A stretch of DNA of 64,000 bases from a virus: positions 1-64,000 of IMG/VR virus record IMGVR_UViG_3300032093_000070, one strand, 5' to 3'. Below the pieces are notes generated by a model. It made no database searches and had not been told where the DNA came from. It worked only from the letters and a program-made list of their open reading frames with translations. A program made the translations under genes and the position numbers. Below are positions 57,249 through 64,000 of the stretch, piece after piece. Each line of letters opens with the position of its first letter. Positions within the stretch are counted from its first letter, which is position 1.

Positions 57249-57581
57249 CTATACGGTTACTTGGTCAATACCTTGTGCGTAAAACGATACTCCCGCGCTA
57301 CCAGCAACTTTGACGACATCGCCATTGTTAACCGCAAAACGGAAAGTTTCATATGTATTGTATCCAGAAAGAGGAAGACTGTAAGCAACTAAGGCATATT
57401 GAGAAGCTTGAGTTGCTCCGCTAGGCACAATAAATACATAAATACTTGCGTTTGTAGGCTCTGTGTTGGTAGCTATTACAGAAAGCAGATAGTTATCTGT
57501 TGCAGTGAAGATCGTGGTTCCTGAGCTAAAAGCAACCTCTGAGGATAGCTTTACTACGCCGAGTCGTTCGATGCCGGCCAT
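57249..57581 (-). CDS. small beta-sandwich virion protein (copy 2)
   Basis: GDVVKV...VSF-x-A-x-G; paralog of 61331-61663. Confidence 0.75.
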   Translation of the reverse strand: MAGIERLGVVKLSSEVAFSSGTTIFTATDNYLLSVIATNTEPTNASIYVFIVPSGATQASQYALVAYSLPLSGYNTYETFRFAVNNGDVVKVAGSAGVSFYAQGIDQVTV

Positions 57582-57582
57582 A

Positions 57583-58050
57583 TCAGACTCCTAACCACCA
57601 CGATAATGAGTAACTACCCGATCCACCTTCGCCTGTTGCTCCAGTAGCTCCTGTCGCACCAGTCGCTCCAGTAGCACCTGTAGGACCCGGTACTGTTGAT
57701 GCCGGTCCAGTTGCACCTGTCGGTCCTTGAGGACCTACAGATCCGGCAGGACCTGTGGCACCTGTTGGACCAATTGGGGCAGCACCTGCTTCCACCCAGT
57801 ATCCGTCATAATAAATAAAAATTCCGCCTGTACTTGGATCAAACCAAGCATCACCAGCTTGCGGATTTACTGGAGCAGTAGATGTAGAAGACCAAACACC
57901 AGGTGCACCTGTAGCTCCCGTGGCTCCTGTAGGTCCGACAACAGGTGTGCGAATTACATTCCACGCAACACCATCCCACTTCCATGTAGTGGATCCAGAA
58001 GTAAATTCTTGATTGAGTGTAGGTGAATTAGGAAAATCAATTGCTGTCAT
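57583..58050 (-). CDS. collagen-like protein
   Basis: DFPNSP...WKWDG-x2-W; GD-x-WF...YYDGYWVE; GPT/GAT repeats. Confidence 0.85.
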   Translation of the reverse strand: MTAIDFPNSPTLNQEFTSGSTTWKWDGVAWNVIRTPVVGPTGATGATGAPGVWSSTSTAPVNPQAGDAWFDPSTGGIFIYYDGYWVEAGAAPIGPTGATGPAGSVGPQGPTGATGPASTVPGPTGATGATGATGATGATGEGGSGSYSLSWWLGV

Positions 58051-58982
58051 TAGATTGGATACCTAATAACTACAATACCTGAACCACCTACAACAACATC
58101 AGGAGGGTCACTCCAAGAAGAACCTCCACCACCTGAGCCAGTATTAGCACCACCAGCTCCTCCTGGTCGGTTATCACCTACTGTTCCAGATGCTCCAGAG
58201 TTCAATGCGCTACCGCCGCCAGATCCTGCTGATCCACCACTTGTGGCAGAGCCACCGCCACCTCCACCTATACCACCATTTCCAGATTGCCCACCTGTAT
58301 AAACACTACCCCCACCGCCTGCAGCCCAATAATAATTTGTTCCTAAAATAGAATTTTGTAAACCGCTTCCGCCATGAGCAGTATCGCTACCTGATGAGCC
58401 GGCGCTTCCAGCACCACCACCTCCGCCGCCTCTTCTGTCGTTATTAATTCCAGGTCTACCGGCTCCGCCAGCATTACCTGTTCCTTGACCATTAGCAGAT
58501 CCACCAGCAGTACCGTTGTCCGCACCACCGCCGCCTGAGCCACCAGATTTACCAGATGTAGAGTTTGATCCACCAGCATGTGAACCACCAAATCCACCAC
58601 CGCTAGAAATTAAATTAAACGCAGATGAATCTCCACCATTTGTACCTCCAGAGTCATTATTTCCTGAAGCAATTCCACCATTACCAACAACAATTGAATA
58701 ATTTTGTTGATTTATAGCAAGTGAACCAGACCTGTAGCCTCCAGCGCCTCCGCCTCCGCCAATAGCGCCTCCGCCTCCGCCACCGCCAATAATTAAATAT
58801 TCAACTGTTCCGCCAGAATCTGGTACAAAAGTTGAAGTTCCAACAGCAGTAAAAGCATGAATGCGATATCCGCCGGCAGTTGTAATAGTTCCGCCAGTAC
58901 TGCCGGTACCTAAACGACCAGTTTGTCCTCTAAGTCTGCTTTGAACTCCGTAGCTTCCACGAACAGAGCTAACAAAAGGCAT
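58050..58982 (-). CDS. glycine-rich fibre-associated protein (copy 1)
   Basis: TGGTITTAGGYRIHAF, poly-Gly, GIVVIRYP. Confidence 0.85.
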   Translation of the reverse strand: MPFVSSVRGSYGVQSRLRGQTGRLGTGSTGGTITTAGGYRIHAFTAVGTSTFVPDSGGTVEYLIIGGGGGGGAIGGGGGAGGYRSGSLAINQQNYSIVVGNGGIASGNNDSGGTNGGDSSAFNLISSGGGFGGSHAGGSNSTSGKSGGSGGGGADNGTAGGSANGQGTGNAGGAGRPGINNDRRGGGGGGAGSAGSSGSDTAHGGSGLQNSILGTNYYWAAGGGGSVYTGGQSGNGGIGGGGGGSATSGGSAGSGGGSALNSGASGTVGDNRPGGAGGANTGSGGGGSSWSDPPDVVVGGSGIVVIRYPI

Positions 58983-58986
58983 TTAA

Positions 58987-61065
58987 TTACCCCCAGTTTA
59001 AGTTAGCGGAGCCTAGTACTGTCCATGCACTGCTAAGACGAATAAGTGTAAATGTGAAAACATCAATTCTTCCTGCTGTTGATGTTGGAGTAGGAGCAGC
59101 AGCTGTAGGCCACTTAGGAGTAATAGATCCACCGCCATTAATAGTTAATGCACTTGGAATATACCCAGTTGCACCTTGAGTAACAAATACGTTTATTGTC
59201 ATAACGCGATCATTATCAGTTGGTACATTTGTTAAATTAACTGTAAAGTTTGCGCTAGGAGTTGATGTTACCCAGAAGATGTTTCCAGAAGACCAATCAG
59301 CCGCAATAGCGTTAGAAGAAATAGCAAGAGATACTACAGTTTCACGCATCTCTTGGATATCAACTGTACCGCTAAGAGACACTGTGCCAGAAGCTGTTAA
59401 ACCGCCCACTCGAATATCAGCAAACGCAGCTCCAGCTTCTCCAAAGTTTGCAGTAGATGTTGGCTTAGTAGTTCCATCTTTATAGAACTTTATAACGCCG
59501 TCAGTAGCATCACGAAGAACACCTGCATATTTACGACGCTTACTTACCGATGCGCTACCTGTGGCGGCAGCAGAAGACACGTTAGCGTTGGTTTTAGCAT
59601 AGCTAAATGTGTTTGAGGTAACTGCTGTAATAGCATAGGTACCATTAAATGTAGCATCTACTCCAGTTACTACAACAATATCTCCCTCTAAGTAAGTGTG
59701 AGATGTAGAAGTTGTGAGAGTAGCGACATTTGAAGTTAAAGCTTTATTTGTAACAGTGGTTACAATGGCTGAGATAGTAGTTGCGTACTCTCCAACAAGA
59801 CCTAGATCAAGAAGGTCATCAGAGTTAGCGTTTCCAACAAAGACGATTGGATCGGTAACAGTAAGGTTTGCAGTAGTTGTAGAGCCTCCGCCGAAGGTCA
59901 AGTTACCTGTGATAGTGGTATCACCAAGAACATTTAAATTACCTGAAACACCAACACCGCCAACTACAGTTAAAGCACCCGTAGTAGGAGATGTAGATTG
60001 AGTTGCAATTTCAACATGAACATTGACATCTGGGGTAATAGACATCTGCTCGTTGTCAGACTGTAGACCACCAGCAGCAAAGATAATTTTGTTTTCTGAT
60101 CCCTTATCGCCAGTTGCAATAACTAGGTTACCAGCTCCTACGGTATCGGTTGGAGCGTCGTAGAAGAGGTAAGCGTCATTAGGTCCAGTGAGGGTAAACT
60201 CTGGATCAGCAAAAGCCGAACTGGTTACACCATGAGAGAACCAACCAGCAAAGTCAGTTCCATTATCTGGATAAACAATAAAGTCTGTAGAAGAGTTAGC
60301 GCCATTACCACGATTTCTAAATGCTACTTGAGCAAAGTCATCATCTGCATCCACGGCAAATACAGCAACTGCATTTGTGTATCCTGGAATTGCAGACACT
60401 GTACCAACAGTAGCTTGCGATCCAATGTTTCCCGTTACCTTATCAAAGGTAAATGTATTAAGTGTTGGAGTCGAAGTGATTTCGTAGGTGCCATCAAAGG
60501 CAGCATCAGCTGGGCTGAGGGCAATTGTTACAAATTGAAATGGAGCAAATCCGTGTGCGGTTGCTGTAGTAATAGTTGCAACATTGGAAGTAAGAGCTTT
60601 TGTTGTTACATTGATTACGCTAGTACCAAGAGTCTCAGCGTCGTTGCGAGCACCATTACCTACATATAATTCACCTGCGGTTGTTCCAACATCAAGGTCA
60701 GCAGTTACTCCAAGATTACCAAATTCGTTTGACCAAGAAGCATTGGTGCCGTCTGTTTTAAGAAATTTACCTGAGTTACCTGTTTGAGAAGGTACTTGGC
60801 TTACAGTGGCAAACTGAAAAGCAGATCCGGTAGTTTGTAAGAACTGACCATTAGTTCCTGAAGTAGGGTCTGTATAACCATCAATCATCTTTGACCAATA
60901 TGAGGTATTGGTTGGGGCGTTACCTGTGGTTGCGCCTGTGTTGATGTACACATAGAGGTTATTGGTGTACTTGACTACATCGTTAAGTTGGTATTCAGTA
61001 GCGCCGCTATAGGCACCTTTGTAGGTAAAGCGGAGCTTACCTAAATTAAAGATCTGGGCAGCCAC
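58987..61065 (-). CDS. tail fibre protein (copy 1)
   Basis: Paralog of 54486-56960 over most of its length. Confidence 0.85.
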   Translation of the reverse strand: MAAQIFNLGKLRFTYKGAYSGATEYQLNDVVKYTNNLYVYINTGATTGNAPTNTSYWSKMIDGYTDPTSGTNGQFLQTTGSAFQFATVSQVPSQTGNSGKFLKTDGTNASWSNEFGNLGVTADLDVGTTAGELYVGNGARNDAETLGTSVINVTTKALTSNVATITTATAHGFAPFQFVTIALSPADAAFDGTYEITSTPTLNTFTFDKVTGNIGSQATVGTVSAIPGYTNAVAVFAVDADDDFAQVAFRNRGNGANSSTDFIVYPDNGTDFAGWFSHGVTSSAFADPEFTLTGPNDAYLFYDAPTDTVGAGNLVIATGDKGSENKIIFAAGGLQSDNEQMSITPDVNVHVEIATQSTSPTTGALTVVGGVGVSGNLNVLGDTTITGNLTFGGGSTTTANLTVTDPIVFVGNANSDDLLDLGLVGEYATTISAIVTTVTNKALTSNVATLTTSTSHTYLEGDIVVVTGVDATFNGTYAITAVTSNTFSYAKTNANVSSAAATGSASVSKRRKYAGVLRDATDGVIKFYKDGTTKPTSTANFGEAGAAFADIRVGGLTASGTVSLSGTVDIQEMRETVVSLAISSNAIAADWSSGNIFWVTSTPSANFTVNLTNVPTDNDRVMTINVFVTQGATGYIPSALTINGGGSITPKWPTAAAPTPTSTAGRIDVFTFTLIRLSSAWTVLGSANLNWG

Positions 61066-61334
61066 TAGTCAACCTCCATAATAAGCTGGTCTGTATAGGT
61101 AGTATCCCACGAAAAAGTGAATTCGTAAGGGGTTAGCGCGGTTGTGTAATAGGTATCGTCATATCGAGCGTATACCGTTCCATCATCATTTACTTGAGGA
61201 ACAATGATTTGAGCTGATGTATCTCCCCATAGGTATTCCTCAATAGTCAAAGTGTCATTAATAGGATCGTATTTAAAGCCGTAAAAGTTCTGTTTATCCT
61301 TGCCACCAGATGGTGGAAAGCTTGCAAGACTCAT
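61065..61334 (-). CDS. small fibre-module protein (copy 1)
   Basis: FYGFKYD...FSWD...IMEV. Confidence 0.75.
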   Translation of the reverse strand: MSLASFPPSGGKDKQNFYGFKYDPINDTLTIEEYLWGDTSAQIIVPQVNDDGTVYARYDDTYYTTALTPYEFTFSWDTTYTDQLIMEVD

Positions 61335-61663
61335 GCGGTGATCTCCGTCCCAAAAGCATTGAAGGACACTGTGGCAGCCGCAGCGCGGACTGTTATAACA
61401 TCCCCAGCGTCTAAGGTGATACCCAAGGTAAATACTTGAGTGCTATTACGATCAAGAGTGATTTCATACGCCACATAGTGACGGTTTGCCAAAACCTCAG
61501 AATTAGGACGCACAGCAATTCTAAAGGTAGTGCTAACTGAATCTCTATTGGCTACAGTAATGGAGCTAACTACTGTTTGAGTTGACGCTGGAACAGTGTA
61601 TAGATCTACCTCTGTGCCCGCGATTGCCACAGCTTGACCTAACACTTTATATGTAGTTGCCAT
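61331..61663 (-). CDS. small beta-sandwich virion protein (copy 1)
   Basis: YKVLGQ...LYTVP...GITL-x2-GDVITV...SFNAFG-x-EI. Confidence 0.8.
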   Translation of the reverse strand: MATTYKVLGQAVAIAGTEVDLYTVPASTQTVVSSITVANRDSVSTTFRIAVRPNSEVLANRHYVAYEITLDRNSTQVFTLGITLDAGDVITVRAAAATVSFNAFGTEITA

Positions 61664-61691
61664 TACTCACTTCCTATTCTTCTTAATTTTA

Positions 61692-63266
61692 TTATGCGCC
61701 CATTAACAAGAACGGGTGAAAGCCCGCTTCGCCAATTGGACCTGTTGGTCCCGTTGCGCCAGTTGGACCTGGAACAGTAGATGCTGGCCCTGTAGCTCCT
61801 GTTGGTCCTGTTGGACCCGTAGGACCTGTGGGACCTGTTGCACCAGCAGGTCCTGGACCTCCAGCTGGACCTGTAGGACCGGCTGGTCCCGCTGATCCGG
61901 TTGGTCCTGGCACTGTAGATGCTGGGCCTGTTGGGCCTGTTGGACCTGCGGGTCCTGTTGGACCAACATCTGAAGATGCCCATTCAACCCAGAAGCTGTC
62001 GTAATAAACATAAACTTTTGCGTTATTAGTATTAAACCAAACATCACCTAGTGCAGGTGAAGCTGGCGCTGTTGCACTTGCATACCAAATACCAGTCGCA
62101 CCAGTTGGTCCAACGATCTGTCCAACATCATCCCATGAAGATGTTCCAGTATCCCAAACATAAAGATGACCGTTATCACCAACAACAATATATGCGTCAC
62201 CAGCAGCACCGGTAGCAGGAAGATCTCCAGTAGTAGAAACGCTTCCTAAAATATTTAATGAAGTTCCTTGAGCACCAGTAGGTCCTGTTGGACCTGTGGG
62301 TCCTTGAACGGTTGAGTCTGCTCCAGTTGGACCCGTAGCACCAGTAGGTCCTGTAGCGCCTGTGGCACCAGTAGGTCCTGGAACAATTGAATCAGCTCCA
62401 GTTGCGCCTGTTGCTCCCGTCGCACCTGTCGCACCGATTGCTCCAGTTGCTCCCGTTGCTCCAGTTGCTCCAACATCTCCAGTCGCGCCCGTTGCACCAG
62501 TGGCTCCCGTTGGTCCGGGCACAGTAGAATCTGCGCCAGTAGCTCCTGTAGGGCCAGTAGCACCAGTGGCACCAGTTGATCCAGCAGGTCCTGGTATTAG
62601 TGAATCTGCACCAGTAGCACCAGTTGCACCTGTAGCTCCAGTTGGACCTGAAACACCCTGTGGTCCTGTCGCTCCAGTAGCACCCGTAGCACCTGCTACA
62701 CCAGTAGCACCCGTAGGTCCCGTTGCTCCTGTAGCACCTGTTGCGCCATTAGTACCCGCTGTGCCAGTTGCACCCTGCGGACCAGTAGGACCAACAATTT
62801 GTCCTACATTGTTCCAACTATCGCCATCCCATACATAAAGATCTCCATTTGAGTCAACAATATATGCGTCGTTAACTGCAGCAGTAGCGCCAAGTGAAGC
62901 AAGATACGATGGATCGGGAACTGATCCTCTAAATGTTATTGATGTTCCTTGTGCACCAGTCGCACCAGTCGCACCCGCAGGTCCAGTTGCACCTGTTGGT
63001 CCAGCGGCGCCTGTAGCGCCTGTAGGACCCGCATCACCTTCTGGGCCTACAAAACCAATAGGACCCTGTGGACCAGTGGCTCCTGTGGCTCCTGTGGCCC
63101 CTGTTGCACCTGTTAAACCAGTAGCACCAGTTGCGCCTGTGGCGCCTGTAGCACCTGTTGCACCAGCGGCACCTGCTGCACCCGTAGGACCGGTGGCGCC
63201 ATTACCACCAATAGATACTTGAATTTCAGGTTGCGGAGATACCGATATTTGAATTTCTTCTGGCAT
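61692..63266 (-). CDS. long collagen-like protein
   Basis: Very long runs of G-A-T/G-P-T triplets interrupted by DAYIV...LYVWD domains. Confidence 0.9.
   Translation of the reverse strand: MPEEIQISVSPQPEIQVSIGGNGATGPTGAAGAAGATGATGATGATGATGLTGATGATGATGATGPQGPIGFVGPEGDAGPTGATGAAGPTGATGPAGATGATGAQGTSITFRGSVPDPSYLASLGATAAVNDAYIVDSNGDLYVWDGDSWNNVGQIVGPTGPQGATGTAGTNGATGATGATGPTGATGVAGATGATGATGPQGVSGPTGATGATGATGADSLIPGPAGSTGATGATGPTGATGADSTVPGPTGATGATGATGDVGATGATGATGAIGATGATGATGATGADSIVPGPTGATGATGPTGATGPTGADSTVQGPTGPTGPTGAQGTSLNILGSVSTTGDLPATGAAGDAYIVVGDNGHLYVWDTGTSSWDDVGQIVGPTGATGIWYASATAPASPALGDVWFNTNNAKVYVYYDSFWVEWASSDVGPTGPAGPTGPTGPASTVPGPTGSAGPAGPTGPAGGPGPAGATGPTGPTGPTGPTGATGPASTVPGPTGATGPTGPIGEAGFHPFLLMGA
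61720..63200 (-). repeat. 9-bp periodic degenerate tandem repeats encoding collagen triplets
   Basis: GCACCAGTA/GGTCCTGTT-type units on the + strand. Confidence 0.85.
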
Positions 63267-64000
63267 TAGTCAACCGTCACTTGTTGAGTTACGAACACCT
63301 GTCCTTTGATGTATGTTTTTTGGAAAGTAGCATCTACTGTGGAGGTTGCTTGTAGATCCCAGAAAGCGCGAACAGGTAGGTAAGCTGTTTGTTGTTTTGT
63401 TAAAGATAATTGAATCTTCTTTAGCACTGGATCTGTAACGGTAACCGTGAACTCTGCGTATCTAGCTGGAGCATTTGGATATGTTCTGATCTGTGCTTTA
63501 AATACTAAGTTAGAGATATTGTAGGTATCTGGGAAATCTAAAATGATTGAGAAGCTGTCGCCTTGATATATCACAAGGTCATAAATAGCAGCCGTTGTCG
63601 GCATAGGACTTCTGCCCAACATATCATTTTGTATATAAACTCTTTCAGGCTTGCGGGCATCATCAATTTCTTGAGGCATATAGACAGGAACAAGCTTGTT
63701 GGTATGACGAGATACTCGACGAAGGGTTCCGATCTCAAGTCTCCATAGACCAATATTTAGCGCAGAGCAGAGGGTTCTATATTGCTCTTGGCGCTGGTTG
63801 ATCATATTGACGAGCTGGTGGTAACGCTCAGAACGAGGAATAGTAACTCCGTCTGGAGCAAAGATATTAATGTCAAAGGACGCATCTGTTGCAAGAGCCC
63901 ACAAGGCTTCAATTACAGCAAGGATGGCAATTGGATACTCTTCAACGGCAGGTACCTTAGCCAAGGTCATCTGGTTTCCAAAACCGTCTGTGCGGTTGTA
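63266..64000 (-). CDS. probable neck/head-tail adaptor with C-terminal Ig-like domain; 5' end beyond window
   Basis: Frame open to position 64000; [13 protein letters not shown]-x-QL; YQGD...AQIR...YIKGQV. Confidence 0.55.
   Translation of the reverse strand, partial: YNRTDGFGNQMTLAKVPAVEEYPIAILAVIEALWALATDASFDINIFAPDGVTIPRSERYHQLVNMINQRQEQYRTLCSALNIGLWRLEIGTLRRVSRHTNKLVPVYMPQEIDDARKPERVYIQNDMLGRSPMPTTAAIYDLVIYQGDSFSIILDFPDTYNISNLVFKAQIRTYPNAPARYAEFTVTVTDPVLKKIQLSLTKQQTAYLPVRAFWDLQATSTVDATFQKTYIKGQVFVTQQVTVD

Larger units (their letters stand above)
1..64000. mobile_element. Segment of a myovirus-type bacteriophage genome, probably infecting Actinobacteria
   Basis: Sheath, tube, baseplate and tape-measure genes plus a phage replication module; WhiB gene; dense overlapping stop/start gene packing; no host housekeeping operons. 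Confidence 0.95.

Noticed and set aside
62362-62838. + strand ORF with APV repeats, and off-frame ORFs 61663-61983 and 61703-62047
   Set aside because: Antisense or off-frame shadows of the collagen gene
61720-63200. Long periodic repeats as a CRISPR array or satellite
   Set aside because: 9-bp degenerate period explained by G-X-T collagen codons; no constant repeat with unique spacers
1-64000. tRNA genes and stop-codon reassignment
   Set aside because: No cloverleaf recognised in the few intergenic gaps (by eye only; tRNAscan-SE would be decisive); genes are intact under code 11 with all three stops used

Overview
64 kb segment of a large tailed dsDNA bacteriophage with a contractile tail. 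The host is most likely an actinobacterium, judging from a WhiB gene and at least six leaderless TANNNT-N6-ATG genes. Left to right: (1) 1-3194, a + strand arm of small hypothetical genes with a GATC/AGCT-rich non-coding block, ending at a bidirectional terminator. (2) 3268-14559, - strand: class II ribonucleotide reductase (NrdJ), a TGT-like/HAD-like/nucleotidyltransferase trio, a run of small proteins (three share an N-terminal DR-x-x-D-x-R/K-R motif), a metallophosphoesterase and SpoVS. (3) 14559-29960, replication/recombination: RuvC-like and Hjc-like resolvases, Cas4-like exonuclease, WhiB, RecA, PolA, SSB, SNF2 helicase, dNMP kinase, primase, DnaB, DnaC-like loader and initiator. (4) 30287-46900, baseplate, tape measure, tail chaperone with an apparent +1 frameshift, tube, sheath, neck genes and eight translationally coupled Lys-rich micro-proteins. 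(5) 46900-64000, a tail-fibre/appendage region with collagen-like proteins, a tandemly duplicated five-gene fibre module, a GT2-TPR glycosyltransferase, and an inverted cassette of two 2OG-Fe(II) oxygenases plus a carbamoyltransferase. No capsid, portal, large terminase, integrase, tRNA or CRISPR array was recognised. All calls come from motif reading by eye; no database searches were run.
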